Below are positions 1-10,279 of a stretch of 64,000 nucleotides of DNA, in pieces. The stretch is from Candidatus Micrarchaeia archaeon (lineage in GTDB: Archaea; Micrarchaeota; Micrarchaeia; CABMEP01): contig JAVZPM010000001.1 in the NCBI GenBank assembly GCA_038881595.1, forward strand, positions 1-64,000. The letters run 5' to 3'. Numbering within the stretch: position 1 is the stretch's first letter; every line of letters begins with the position of its first letter. A program made the position numbers and the translations under genes. The notes under the pieces are model-generated. The model did no database searches. It was not told the DNA's origin and saw only the letters and a list, made by a program, of their open reading frames with translations.

Positions 1-484
1 TATTAGAGATGTTGAAACCACTAGTTCCAACAAAATGAATCGCACGTCTAGAATTATAAAATGAATTGTTAATTATAGAACTGTTATTATCAAATTGTAT
101 CCAACTACAATAATAACAATTTTTAAATGAATTGTTAATAAGTTTTGAATTTAAATTACCATATGGGAAAAAAAGAATGTATGAATCATTTCCAATAAAA
201 TTACAATTTTTAATGACAATACCTGTTAACGCAGCACTTGTAATTATTGAAGAATTAGCTACTGCATTATTATAACTATAAATTGTATTTCCATTGCAAT
301 CAAGAGTTATATTATTGGCTGATATGTTGAAGCAAACAGTTGTTGAAGAAACATTAGTTGTCAGTATATACGTTTCACCATTAATATTTAAATTACTGCA
401 GTTGTTAATATAAGATAAACCATAACTTATATTGAACAAAATGATAAAAAAAATAAAAATTGTTTTCAGATTTAAATCAGTCAC
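1..484 (-). CDS. Secreted/surface parallel beta-helix (NosD/pectin-lyase-like) protein, 5' part; runs off the window edge
   Basis: Not in ORF track. GTG at 484 follows GGGGAGG. My translation: MTDLNLKTIFIFFIILFNISYG (signal peptide) LSYINNCSNLNINGETYILTTNVSSTTVCFNISANNITLDCNGNTI..., typical of archaeal beta-helix surface proteins; open to position 1. Confidence 0.75.
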   Translation of the reverse strand, partial: MTDLNLKTIFIFFIILFNISYGLSYINNCSNLNINGETYILTTNVSSTTVCFNISANNITLDCNGNTIYSYNNAVANSSIITSAALTGIVIKNCNFIGNDSYILFFPYGNLNSKLINNSFKNCYYCSWIQFDNNSSIINNSFYNSRRAIHFVGTSGFNISN

Positions 485-507
485 AAACCTCCCCCTAAGT
501 AAATAAA

Positions 508-978
508 CTATAATATATTATAATCCAATATCCTTTCTCCATCTGAATCTAATATGAATTTTGCATTTATAAACTTTCCTTTCAGCATATGCGGAATCCA
601 GATTCTGTCCATTTCCCACATCTCATTGTAAGGAATGTCTCTTATCTTAAACCATTTTGGCCTCATCTCTTCCGTCTCAACAGGCTCCCCATTCCATTCA
701 GTTACTTTGAATACATGTACAAATTGATCCCACTCTGGCTTATCTTTTACTTTAAAATCAATCTCTCCAATTTTTATTAAAGAAGAAGGCTCAACATCTA
801 AACCGCTCTCTTCTTTTATCTCTCTGCATGCTGCCTCTAAAAGAGGTTCGCCTTCCTCTATCTTTCCTCCATATCCATTCCATTTTCCAGCTCCAAACCT
901 TCTCTTTTTCATTGCAAGAAGAATCTCTTCCTCTCCATTATTTTTCCTGAAAAAGAAACATAGTGTTGCAGGCTTCAT
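508..978 (-). CDS. NUDIX hydrolase, 8-oxo-dGTP diphosphatase (MTH1-like)
   Basis: KKRRFGAGKWNGYGGKIEEGE...ACREIKEESGL Nudix box; ETEEMRPKWF and MWEMD motifs. Confidence 0.9.
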   Translation of the reverse strand: MKPATLCFFFRKNNGEEEILLAMKKRRFGAGKWNGYGGKIEEGEPLLEAACREIKEESGLDVEPSSLIKIGEIDFKVKDKPEWDQFVHVFKVTEWNGEPVETEEMRPKWFKIRDIPYNEMWEMDRIWIPHMLKGKFINAKFILDSDGERILDYNIL

Positions 979-1068
979 AAAACCGCTCCATAAAAATTTT
1001 AGTTTCTTTTAAAATAATAAGAAAGTAATATTAAAAAATATTGCTAAGAATTACTTCTTAGTGAGGAA

Positions 1069-2406
1069 ATGACTAAAGTTGTTTTCATTGTTTTAGATGG
1101 AATTGGAGATAGGCCGATAAAAGAAAAAAATGGAAAGACACCTCTTGAAATTGCAAAGAAGCCAAATATTGACAGAATGACAAAAGAAGGAATAACAGGA
1201 ATAAGTTACCCTGTTGGTCCTGGATGGGTTCCTGGAAGCGACACTGGACATTTAGCACTTTTTGGATATGATCCATTCAGATTCTATGTGGGAAGAGGGA
1301 TACTTGAAGCTTTAGGTGCTGGAATAGATATTAAACCAGGGGAGATTGCATTCAGATCTAATTTCTGCACTGTAGAAAAAAAAGGAGATGAGTGGTATAT
1401 AATCGATAGGAGAGCAGGTAGAATAAGTAACAGTGAGGCCAAAGAAATTTCAAAATCTATTTCTTCCATAAAAGTCAAAATAAAAGACAAGAATGGAAAA
1501 ACAAGAGAATTTGAATCCAGATTTTATCATACTAAATCACATAGAGGTGTTTTAGTAATAAGAAGTCTTGATCCAGATTTCAAACTCAATCCTTTAATTA
1601 GTGATACAGATTCACACCACGAAGGAAGAATGCAGTGGGCTAAACCGCTAGATGAAAGTGAAAGTGCAGAAATTACTTCTGAAGTTTTAAATGAAACAAT
1701 AAGAGAAATAAATAGAATACTTGAAAAACACAAGTTAAATGAAGAAAGAAAAAAGAAGAATTTGAAAGTTGCAAATTCAATAATGACTCGTGGGGCCAGT
1801 ATGATAGAAAAAATGCAAAGAAGAATAGAAGAAGGAGCAGAGTATAGCGGATTATATGGGTGGGCAGTAAGAGTAATTCCATTTTCTGAAAGATATGAAA
1901 TGAAGGCAGCTTGCGTTGCAGGAGGGGCATTATATAAAGGGGTTGCAAAATATATCGGAATGGATATTATAAATGTCCCAACTGCCACTGCAGATTACAA
2001 TACAGATTTAGAAGGAAAAATAAACACAGTTATAAATGAGCTTGAAAAATATGATTTTGTTTTTCTTCATATAAAAGCAACAGACATAGCAGGACATGAT
2101 GGAGACTGGAAAATGAAAGTAAAAATGATAGAAAAAATTGATAAGGCACTTAAACCAATAACTAAACTTAATGATACTGTTGTTGTTTTAACTGGTGATC
2201 ACTCTACTCCTTGTAATATGAAATCGCATTCAGCAGATCCAGTTCCAATATTGATATGGGGTCCAAAAGAAATGATTCGCTCAGATGATGTTAAAAGATT
2301 CGATGAAAAGAGCACGGCAAAAGGAGGATTAGGAAATACAACGCATTTAAATGTAATGCCAATAGTAATGGGAATAATAAAGAAAGCTAAAATGTATGGA
2401 ACATAA
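1069..2406 (+). CDS. apgM: 2,3-bisphosphoglycerate-independent phosphoglycerate mutase, archaeal type
   Basis: LDGIGDRP, GKTPLE, PGSDTGHLALFGYDP, DRRAGRI, DIAGHDG, TGDHSTP, HSADPVP. Confidence 0.93.
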   Translation: MTKVVFIVLDGIGDRPIKEKNGKTPLEIAKKPNIDRMTKEGITGISYPVGPGWVPGSDTGHLALFGYDPFRFYVGRGILEALGAGIDIKPGEIAFRSNFCTVEKKGDEWYIIDRRAGRISNSEAKEISKSISSIKVKIKDKNGKTREFESRFYHTKSHRGVLVIRSLDPDFKLNPLISDTDSHHEGRMQWAKPLDESESAEITSEVLNETIREINRILEKHKLNEERKKKNLKVANSIMTRGASMIEKMQRRIEEGAEYSGLYGWAVRVIPFSERYEMKAACVAGGALYKGVAKYIGMDIINVPTATADYNTDLEGKINTVINELEKYDFVFLHIKATDIAGHDGDWKMKVKMIEKIDKALKPITKLNDTVVVLTGDHSTPCNMKSHSADPVPILIWGPKEMIRSDDVKRFDEKSTAKGGLGNTTHLNVMPIVMGIIKKAKMYGT

Positions 2407-2409
2407 AAA

Positions 2410-3501
2410 TTATATTCTTATTATATAATCCATATCTGCGGCTTCGGACAAAAATCTATTTATAAATGGAATTTTAAGAAAAGAAACAGAAAAATCTAAA
2501 ACATAATTTGGCAATAAATCAATGCCTCTTCTAAATATATTATGGAGATAGAGAGTCGAACCAAACTCTTTTCTCCATCTCTTTTCGTACTCTAATTTTT
2601 CCCCTTTATTAATATGATCAGAAACTGCCTCTCCAAGAATATGTGCACATTGAGAACCAAAAACCAACCCGCCCCCTGTTGTTGCCTTTGTCTGCCCTGC
2701 TGCATCTCCAACTAAAAGAACACCTTTAATTTGAGTTAATTCTCTTGGGCCTAACGGTATTGCTGCATTGAACTTTCTTAGTGTTTTTGCTGTCTTTTTT
2801 CCAAGAAAACTAAGTGATTTTTGTGAGAAGAAAAACTTTTTTGCATCTAAAAGCTTATTTAATTTTGTGACTCCAAATCCCACTCTTACAGTTTTTTCAT
2901 CAACTGGAACACACCAGCCAAAAAAGCCAGGTAAATTTTCATTATCTACATATATATCTACTAAATCCAAATGAGGGACATTTACATTTGTTACTTCTTT
3001 TTCAAAACAATAAGCTATTTTCTTAAATTGTGGAAAATTGAATTCTGAAGCAGTTTTTGAAGCTACTCCATCTGCTCCAACTATTATTTTTGAGTGGAAT
3101 GTATTTCCTGCAAAAACAGAATAATGATTATTGAAATTATAAAATGAAATAGCCCTTTTCTCCATAAATAATTCAGAACCAAAACGTAAAGCTCTTTCAA
3201 TACTATTTTCATCAAATTTTTGTCTATCGAAAACAATTCCAATATTACTTTTCATTTTTATTTTGACTTCATTATTCGGAGAATGAATTACTCCCCCTCT
3301 TATCTTATTTAAAATTGCATCAGTATACGAAATCTTTGTTTTCTTTAAACCATTTTCAGAGCATATCGCGGTGCATCTTTTATATTTTCCAACTTCTTTA
3401 TCCTCTTCTAGAATAGCGGTTTTCAATCCATATTTTGAGCATGCAGCTGCAGCTGCTCCACCTATTGCACTTCCACCAATTACTATAACATCGAATTTCA
3501 T
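2410..3501 (-). CDS. Geranylgeranyl reductase family FAD-dependent oxidoreductase
   Basis: N-terminal Rossmann-like motif, DRQKFD, IVGADGVAS, PGFFGWCVP, LLVGDAAGQTKATTGGG. Confidence 0.85.
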   Translation of the reverse strand: MKFDVIVIGGSAIGGAAAAACSKYGLKTAILEEDKEVGKYKRCTAICSENGLKKTKISYTDAILNKIRGGVIHSPNNEVKIKMKSNIGIVFDRQKFDENSIERALRFGSELFMEKRAISFYNFNNHYSVFAGNTFHSKIIVGADGVASKTASEFNFPQFKKIAYCFEKEVTNVNVPHLDLVDIYVDNENLPGFFGWCVPVDEKTVRVGFGVTKLNKLLDAKKFFFSQKSLSFLGKKTAKTLRKFNAAIPLGPRELTQIKGVLLVGDAAGQTKATTGGGLVFGSQCAHILGEAVSDHINKGEKLEYEKRWRKEFGSTLYLHNIFRRGIDLLPNYVLDFSVSFLKIPFINRFLSEAADMDYIIRI

Positions 3502-3570
3502 TACTTAAAATAATAAATAGAATAATTTAAAAAATATTAACTCCTAATTTAATTATAAATAATAAATGAA

Positions 3571-3644
3571 GCGGCGGTAGTCTAGCCTGGTTAGGACGCG
3601 AGCCTTCCAAGCTCATGACCCGGGTTCAAATCCCGGCCGCCGCA
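3571..3644 (+). tRNA. tRNA-Gly(TCC)
   Basis: Acceptor GCGGCGG/CCGCCGC+A; anticodon loop CTTCCAA; T arm CCGGG-TTCAAAT-CCCGG; CCA not encoded. Confidence 0.95.
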
Positions 3645-3677
3645 CTTGTTTTTATTTGATTGATTATAAGTGATAAA

Positions 3678-4274
3678 ATGGAAATTTTAACACAGATATT
3701 AAGCGTATTTGTTATTCTTCTAGCAATTCTCGATCCATTCATGGCTGCTCCACCTTTTTTGGCAATGACAAGAAAAATGAGCGAAAATGAAAGAAATGCT
3801 ACATTAAAAGAAGGAATAATTATTGCAGGAGGAATAATGCTAATTGCACTTTTTTTAGGAATAAAGCTCCTTGAATTATTTGGAATATCTATTGAATCAT
3901 TCCAGATAGCTGGTGGTATATTAATGTTCTTACTTGGAACACAAATTGTTTTAGGACATGAAATAGTAAAGGGAAAAAATGAAAATGATGAGAAAACAAC
4001 AATCGCACTTCTTTTAGGCACTCCTTTGTTAGCGGGACCTGCTTCTATAACGACCATGATACTAATATCACAGACTAATGGATTACTTCCTTCATTAATT
4101 GGATTAATTTTCGCATTACTTGTAACCTACCTAGTAATGTTAGTAGGTAATAGGATAGTAAAGTCTTTAGGTATAAAAACATTAGAAGTTATTTCAAGAT
4201 TCATGGGTTTGCTTTTAGCTGCCTTTGGAATAGAATTCGTAAAGAAAGGAATACTTGCAATGTTAGGAATTTAA
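3678..4274 (+). CDS. MarC family membrane protein
   Basis: ILDPF, FGISIESFQIAGGIL, GTPLLAGPASITT, RFMGLLLAA; ATG at 3678 preferred over TTG at 3660. Confidence 0.9.
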   Translation: MEILTQILSVFVILLAILDPFMAAPPFLAMTRKMSENERNATLKEGIIIAGGIMLIALFLGIKLLELFGISIESFQIAGGILMFLLGTQIVLGHEIVKGKNENDEKTTIALLLGTPLLAGPASITTMILISQTNGLLPSLIGLIFALLVTYLVMLVGNRIVKSLGIKTLEVISRFMGLLLAAFGIEFVKKGILAMLGI

Positions 4275-4300
4275 TATTAAAATAAGATAAAAGGGATTTA

Positions 4301-5581
4301 ATGCAGAAATTGAAAAGAGAGCTTAATCTTTTTGACACTACTATTGCAGGAATCGGAATTATAATAGGAGCAGGAGTATATGCAATAATTGGAAGCGCAG
4401 CTGGAATTGTAGGAAATGCTATTTGGCTTTCATTTTTGATAGGTGCTATTGTCGCTGCTTTAACTGCTTTGAGTTATGCTGAATTAGCTGGAATGTTTCC
4501 TAAGGCAGGAGCCGAATATGTTTATACTAAAAATTCATTTGGAAATAGAATGGCATTTCTTGTAAATTGGCTTCTTGTAGTTGGAACTGTTTTCAGTATT
4601 GCAACAGTAAGCCTAGGTTTTGCAAGATACTTGAATTATTTTATAGAAATTCCATATTGGATTGCTGCATCATCGATAATAATATTATTTACGCTTCTGA
4701 ATATATATGGGATTAAAGAATCCGTAAGTGTTGCAAATGTGGGAGGAATTATAGAGATTATTGGTTTGCTAATTATTATATTTCTAGGTCTTCCTTACAT
4801 AGGGAGTGTTGATTATTTTGAACTTCCACCGGATTCTCATTATTCCTCATTATTCTTTGGCGCATCTCTTTTATTCTTTGCATTCCTTGGATTTGAAAGC
4901 ATACCAAGATTAGCGGAGGAAACAAAAAATGCCAAAAATATAATTCCAAAAGCAACGCTTCTTTCTCTTGGAATATCCACTCTTATATATCTTCTTGTTT
5001 CTATTGTAGCTGTAAGTGTTGTAGACTGGCAAGTTCTTACAAATTCTGATGCCCCTTTAGCAGAAGTTGCGTCAAAAGCAATGGGAAGCAATGCAGGCAC
5101 TATACTTGCACTGATTGCATTGTTTGCAACTGCAAATACTGTTTTATTGATGCTTATTACAACCACACGTCTTATCTATGGCCTTGGAGAGGGAGGAAGA
5201 ATATTTAGATCTTTAGGAAAGGTTTCTGAAAAGAGAAAAACGCCTTGGATTGCTGCGCTAATACTTGGATTTCTCTCTTTACTTGCAGTTCTAAGCGAAG
5301 ACATAAGCTTTGTTGCATATAGTGCTGATTTTTCAACTTTCTTTACTTTTGCAACTATAAATCTTGCTTTAGTTTGGTTTAGATATACAAAACCATACTC
5401 TAAACGAACATTTAAAGTTCCAGATATTTTCGGTGTTCCTTTAATCCCAATGTTCGCTGCTGCCTCTTGTCTATTACTTGCAATGACTTCTGGAACAAAT
5501 GTAATATTAATTGGATTAACAATTGCATTGATCGGATTTGTAGTTTATGAAATCCTTAAGCGTATGAATCTTATTGATTAA
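4301..5581 (+). CDS. APC family amino acid permease
   Basis: LKRELNLF, IIGAGVY, SYAELAGMFPKAGAEY, FAFLGFE, AEETKN; about 12 hydrophobic segments. Confidence 0.9.
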   Translation: MQKLKRELNLFDTTIAGIGIIIGAGVYAIIGSAAGIVGNAIWLSFLIGAIVAALTALSYAELAGMFPKAGAEYVYTKNSFGNRMAFLVNWLLVVGTVFSIATVSLGFARYLNYFIEIPYWIAASSIIILFTLLNIYGIKESVSVANVGGIIEIIGLLIIIFLGLPYIGSVDYFELPPDSHYSSLFFGASLLFFAFLGFESIPRLAEETKNAKNIIPKATLLSLGISTLIYLLVSIVAVSVVDWQVLTNSDAPLAEVASKAMGSNAGTILALIALFATANTVLLMLITTTRLIYGLGEGGRIFRSLGKVSEKRKTPWIAALILGFLSLLAVLSEDISFVAYSADFSTFFTFATINLALVWFRYTKPYSKRTFKVPDIFGVPLIPMFAAASCLLLAMTSGTNVILIGLTIALIGFVVYEILKRMNLID

Positions 5582-5636
5582 CATTATAAATCGAATTAAA
5601 TATAAATTGTTATAAAATCTAATAAGCGGGGATCAG

Positions 5637-7580
5637 ATGAATGGAAAAAAACTAGTGGTAGCGTTAATTTTTTTATTGATAATTAGCTTAAATTTTTCTA
5701 AATGCATAGAAGGGGAAAGAAGTATATATGCACCTGCGGTCATTAATGAAAATTCAAGCCAAATGATAAAAATAAGCATTAAAATCATACCAAATATTTC
5801 TGTTGAATCTGGAAAAATATATTATTCGCTTGATCCACTAATAGGAGAAGAAACACAAAAATCAATATTAACTGCTAATAGTGTTGCGAGAAAGATGGCT
5901 GAAAAAAATGGGATTAATACTTCTGAATGCGATGTTATTTTAGAGGTATCAAACAATGGAGTAAGTTATATTGAAGGACCAAGTGCAGGTGCACTCTTTA
6001 CAATAATGATATTAAGTGGCTTTGAGAATAAAAGTCTGAGATCAGATACTACTATGACTGGAACTGTAGAGGAAAATGGACGAATCGGAAGCGTTGGCGG
6101 ACTTCCTTTAAAAGCAGAAGCAGCTTATAAACTTGGATTTAAAAGAATAATATTTCCAAAGATGACAAATAGCGAAAAGATCGAACTGCTGATGTTTAAG
6201 AGATACTACAACATCACTATACTTCAGGCAGATGACATAAATGAAGCCTATACTATTTTAACTTCTCCTATAAACAGATCTGAAAATCTAACGCTTTCAC
6301 CTGAGCAGATTAATAAATTCAATTATGTCAACTTCACACATAGGTACTTAGATTGGATAAAGAATGTAACTGAAAATATTATATTGGATGCAGAAAAAGA
6401 CATTAATGAAACACAAATAGAATACAGAGAAAACTTCCAATCTAGACTTGAAAACTCTAAAAATGCATTCTATTCAAATCAATATTACACATCCGCAAAC
6501 ATCGCTTTTCTGCTTTCTATAGATAAAGAGGTTTCTCTTTTTAGCAAGGAAAGAATGATAGAAGAGTACAAAAAAACAAAAGATTGTTTAGAAACTTTTG
6601 AGAAAAAAGACAAGATAATCAAGAAAATCATTAACAATAAAAACTTCCAAATTATAGGACCAGCTGAAACTAGATACATGTGGGCAAAAACTAAATTAAG
6701 CGAAGCAATAAGTGAGAAAGAAATATTTGATATAACTACTGGAAAACAACAGAATGAATTTATTTCTCCTTTATTAACAAAATATAGTAGTATAATTAAT
6801 GCAAAATACTGGTGCCTTGCAGCAAACCACATGCTTGAAAAAATTGAAAGCGAAACAGTTGAATCTGATTTGCAGAATAGATTTAAAGAAGAAAACCTTA
6901 GAGAATATGTTAAAGAAGTTCTAGAAGAATTAGAAGTGGATCAAAACAATCCAGACATGTTATTCAGAATGAAATCAGCCGAAACTGCTTTCGAAGAGGA
7001 AAGGTATCTCTCTGCACTTGTGGACGCTGCATATATAAAATCGTATTCCGATATTGAAGAGATTAGATCATCAAATTCAAATAATGGAATTCAAGAAAAA
7101 ATTGATTCTGCACTTAATTCTTTGATCCATAGAAATTATACTTATATCTGGCCAATTATATTCAATAATCATGCAAAAGAAATAAGCAAAACAGATAAAC
7201 TATCTGCATTAAGAATTGCATTAATCGCAGAAAATCTAGAAAATTATTATAAAGATGCAGAAAAAATATGCATGGGAAATGAAAATTATTCTTTTGATAA
7301 TGAATTTATAACAGACAGGAATGAAACGGAGGAAACATTAGAAGAAAGAGCAGCCAGAATATATACATATCAGATAGTTTCTATAGTTACATTTTTAGTA
7401 GGGGTTGTTTTTGTTGGTTTTGTAATTCTTTTTGTAATCGGAAAGATAAAACGCAAAGTAGAATCAAAAACAAAGAAAAAAAAGACTGATAAAATAATTA
7501 ATCAATTTAAAAAAGAATCTAGAAAAATCAAAAGATTGAACTTAATAGGAAGGAAATTAAACCTATTCCAATTGCAATAA
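5637..7580 (+). CDS. Membrane-anchored S16 (Lon-like) serine protease without ATPase domain
   Basis: Signal peptide; EGPSAG (catalytic Ser); MTGTV...IGSVGGLPLKAEAA (catalytic Lys); C-terminal TM helix and basic tail. Confidence 0.85.
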   Translation: MNGKKLVVALIFLLIISLNFSKCIEGERSIYAPAVINENSSQMIKISIKIIPNISVESGKIYYSLDPLIGEETQKSILTANSVARKMAEKNGINTSECDVILEVSNNGVSYIEGPSAGALFTIMILSGFENKSLRSDTTMTGTVEENGRIGSVGGLPLKAEAAYKLGFKRIIFPKMTNSEKIELLMFKRYYNITILQADDINEAYTILTSPINRSENLTLSPEQINKFNYVNFTHRYLDWIKNVTENIILDAEKDINETQIEYRENFQSRLENSKNAFYSNQYYTSANIAFLLSIDKEVSLFSKERMIEEYKKTKDCLETFEKKDKIIKKIINNKNFQIIGPAETRYMWAKTKLSEAISEKEIFDITTGKQQNEFISPLLTKYSSIINAKYWCLAANHMLEKIESETVESDLQNRFKEENLREYVKEVLEELEVDQNNPDMLFRMKSAETAFEEERYLSALVDAAYIKSYSDIEEIRSSNSNNGIQEKIDSALNSLIHRNYTYIWPIIFNNHAKEISKTDKLSALRIALIAENLENYYKDAEKICMGNENYSFDNEFITDRNETEETLEERAARIYTYQIVSIVTFLVGVVFVGFVILFVIGKIKRKVESKTKKKKTDKIINQFKKESRKIKRLNLIGRKLNLFQLQ

Positions 7581-8430
7581 GACTCATTTTTCTTGATTTC
7601 CTCAAATTTTGAATTGATTGATCTTTTAGCACATGTAAAGAAACGTCAGCAAGCATTATATCTGTTATTAAAACTGTAAGATACAAAGGTCTTCCGGAAA
7701 AGAATGTAAAGAAGGGAATAATTGAAAGAATAATGCCAATAAAAAATAGTAAAACTGCAAATCTAGCAGCATTTCTTTTTCCAATAAGGATCGGTAATGT
7801 CTTACCTCCTATAGCCTGATCTCCTTTCATGTCTTCAATGTCCTTTATTATTTCTCTGCCTAATCCAACAAAAAATGCGATTGCAGACAGACATAATACT
7901 GGCTGGAATTGAACAACCGGAATGTTTTTTTCAACTGCTAAGATGAACGCGCCAAAGAAAAATGGAACTGCCATAGTAAGTGCGATTATTATATTTCCAA
8001 TAAGTGGCAAATTCTTAAGAATAAAGTCATAGAGTAAAGATAGCATAGTAAATAAAAATATGATATAGAATGCCTGGATAGGTAAATAAATAAAAGAAAT
8101 CAAATTTGCAAAAATAAATGAAAAGAAGCCGATCAGAAGTGCCATGGATGGAGAAATCTCTCCTGTAACCAATGGTCTATCGATTCTCCCATTAATCCTA
8201 TCTGCTTTTAAATCTATATAGTCATTTAACGCAAATGCGCCAAATTCAAGAAACATAGCGGCCAAAGCGCCTATTAAAATAAATGCTGAAACTGCTTCGA
8301 TACCTCCTACTATAACTGCTCCTATAAGCACTGCAATTGCATACATTAGTGCATGCTCTATTCTTACTAGTTTAAAGAATGCATTTAAGCTGGAAAGGTA
8401 ATTTGCACCAGCTAGACTTTTATTCCTCAT
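7528..8430 (-). CDS. UbiA-family prenyltransferase, probable digeranylgeranylglyceryl phosphate synthase
   Basis: NDYIDLKADRINGRIDRPLVTG and REIIKDIEDMKGD...TLP Asp-rich motifs; multi-TM. Confidence 0.85.
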   Translation of the reverse strand: MRNKSLAGANYLSSLNAFFKLVRIEHALMYAIAVLIGAVIVGGIEAVSAFILIGALAAMFLEFGAFALNDYIDLKADRINGRIDRPLVTGEISPSMALLIGFFSFIFANLISFIYLPIQAFYIIFLFTMLSLLYDFILKNLPLIGNIIIALTMAVPFFFGAFILAVEKNIPVVQFQPVLCLSAIAFFVGLGREIIKDIEDMKGDQAIGGKTLPILIGKRNAARFAVLLFFIGIILSIIPFFTFFSGRPLYLTVLITDIMLADVSLHVLKDQSIQNLRKSRKMSLIAIGIGLISFLLSSIF

Positions 8431-8560
8431 ATATAGATATTATAAGAAAAGTTTAAAATTCATAAATAAAGGAAAAAACAATTTTGATGAAACTAATAAG
8501 GACAATTAATCAAAAAGCTTATATATAATAGTTGTATAGTAAAATATATCAAGAATATAA

Positions 8561-9610
8561 GTGTACATTAAAAACGGTAGGAATATGAAAAGAAAAAAAA
8601 TTAATTGGTGGGAGAGCGATCATGCTCATCTTTACAAACCAAAAGAAGGATACAAGATTTTATCACAAGAAAGCCTATTTTCTGATCTTATAATAAATGA
8701 AAAAATAATAATAAAGGATGATAGCAAGAAAGAAACTAATGAAACTAAAGAAAAAGAGGAAAAGGGAGAAAACATATTAAAGGAAAAAAAGGAAGAGGAT
8801 AAAAAAACAAAAATAAAAATAATACACAGAAAGAATTTTGGAATCATAGAAAAAAATATTTATGAAAATTTAGATAGAAAGGATTGCGAAAGAAACGAAA
8901 AATGTGTTTATAAATGCAGAAAAGGAACTCTCTGGGTTTATTATGGATACGAATTCAGTAGAATGGCTATTATAGACAATGTATTAAAAATTCATCGTGG
9001 ATTTCCAGACTCTCTTTATGATGTCCTAAACGAGGCAGAGATATATCAATTATTTGTTGCTTTGTATAAAGGAAAATGGAATCGAGATTATGACCCAGAA
9101 TATCCAGCATATGAAATGGGATATAGGGATGCGTATGCTGCGCAGCTGTTATCTCATGAAAATATAGAAAAGACAGACATACCAAAAATTATTGCAGACT
9201 TGATACAGCAAGGAGAATATTACTTAAGAAATCATTGGTATTATGAAAATATAATTGCAGATAAAAATAGTAATCCATATCCTACTTCTTATGACTCATT
9301 AAAGGAGAGATTATCGATTATCCCAGAAGATGATAAAAACCTAATTCGTAAGATACTGAAAGTTAAAAAACCATATCTGTCTACGAAGAGCAATGGCTAT
9401 CTTCCAGGAATAGATATATATAGAATAACGCAAAGCTGGAAAAAGAGAGAGGATGGAACACATATAAAGAAAAGGGAGTTGCCTAAAGACCTCCAAGAAA
9501 AAATAGGATTTTTCGTTAATCCTTGGATGTGTGCTGATCTTATCTTTGATTACATGAAAAGAAGAGAACAGAATTGGAAAAAATGGGATAAAAACATAGA
9601 AGTGCTTTAG
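8561..9610 (+). CDS. Hypothetical protein
   Basis: 349-codon ORF, K/E-rich N-terminus, aromatic-rich core; no family recognised; start may be ATG 8585. Confidence 0.65.
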   Translation: MYIKNGRNMKRKKINWWESDHAHLYKPKEGYKILSQESLFSDLIINEKIIIKDDSKKETNETKEKEEKGENILKEKKEEDKKTKIKIIHRKNFGIIEKNIYENLDRKDCERNEKCVYKCRKGTLWVYYGYEFSRMAIIDNVLKIHRGFPDSLYDVLNEAEIYQLFVALYKGKWNRDYDPEYPAYEMGYRDAYAAQLLSHENIEKTDIPKIIADLIQQGEYYLRNHWYYENIIADKNSNPYPTSYDSLKERLSIIPEDDKNLIRKILKVKKPYLSTKSNGYLPGIDIYRITQSWKKREDGTHIKKRELPKDLQEKIGFFVNPWMCADLIFDYMKRREQNWKKWDKNIEVL

Positions 9611-9622
9611 AATTTCAATTTT

Positions 9623-10186
9623 TCAGTAATCTTTTACTTCTAGTTTTGATAAAAATTCAATAATTTTCTTCCAGTGACTACCTTTCCAGTATATCTGATG
9701 ACAGTCTTTACAAATCCAAAATAGATTATAGGATGATAAAGCTCTATCAATATCCTCTCTTTTATTTTTTTCTATTTTCTTTTTATACGAATCGTTTAAT
9801 TCTTCTTTCGTTATCTCAAAAAGAATTGAACCACATTTTGAACATCTTACTGATGATTCAACCTTTTCTTCAATATTTCCTTCAGTCATCGGATTGGCGA
9901 TATATTTCTTTTTAATTAAAAATTCAAGTTGTGCTTTTACGGAATTAAATTCTGAAGGAATGTGGATTATACCTATTTTGGTTTTCCTTTCAGAAAGAGA
10001 TTTGTCCATTGTTATCAATGTTCTATTTTCTTTCTCTGCGATATCTAATAAATCTTCATCGCTTATTTCATTATCTTTTGGAATCTTGCAATCATAGCCA
10101 AGTATTCTCAACCATCTTCCTAGTTTTATTAGCATTATGTCCACTAGAAACTTCTTTCCTGCGGTGTCAAGATTCTCTTTTTGCAT
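9623..10186 (-). CDS. Mut7-C RNase domain protein (PIN-like fold plus Zn ribbon)
   Basis: KFLVDIMLIKLGRWLRILGYD, RTLITMD, RCSKCG, CKDCHQIYWKGSHW. Confidence 0.9.
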   Translation of the reverse strand: MQKENLDTAGKKFLVDIMLIKLGRWLRILGYDCKIPKDNEISDEDLLDIAEKENRTLITMDKSLSERKTKIGIIHIPSEFNSVKAQLEFLIKKKYIANPMTEGNIEEKVESSVRCSKCGSILFEITKEELNDSYKKKIEKNKREDIDRALSSYNLFWICKDCHQIYWKGSHWKKIIEFLSKLEVKDY

Positions 10187-10279
10187 AATGGAATCTTACT
10201 GTAGAATACTTTTAATACTTATTTTATAAAATAGATATTTAGATAAGAATATCTATCTATTACTATTTCAAGTGAGTAA

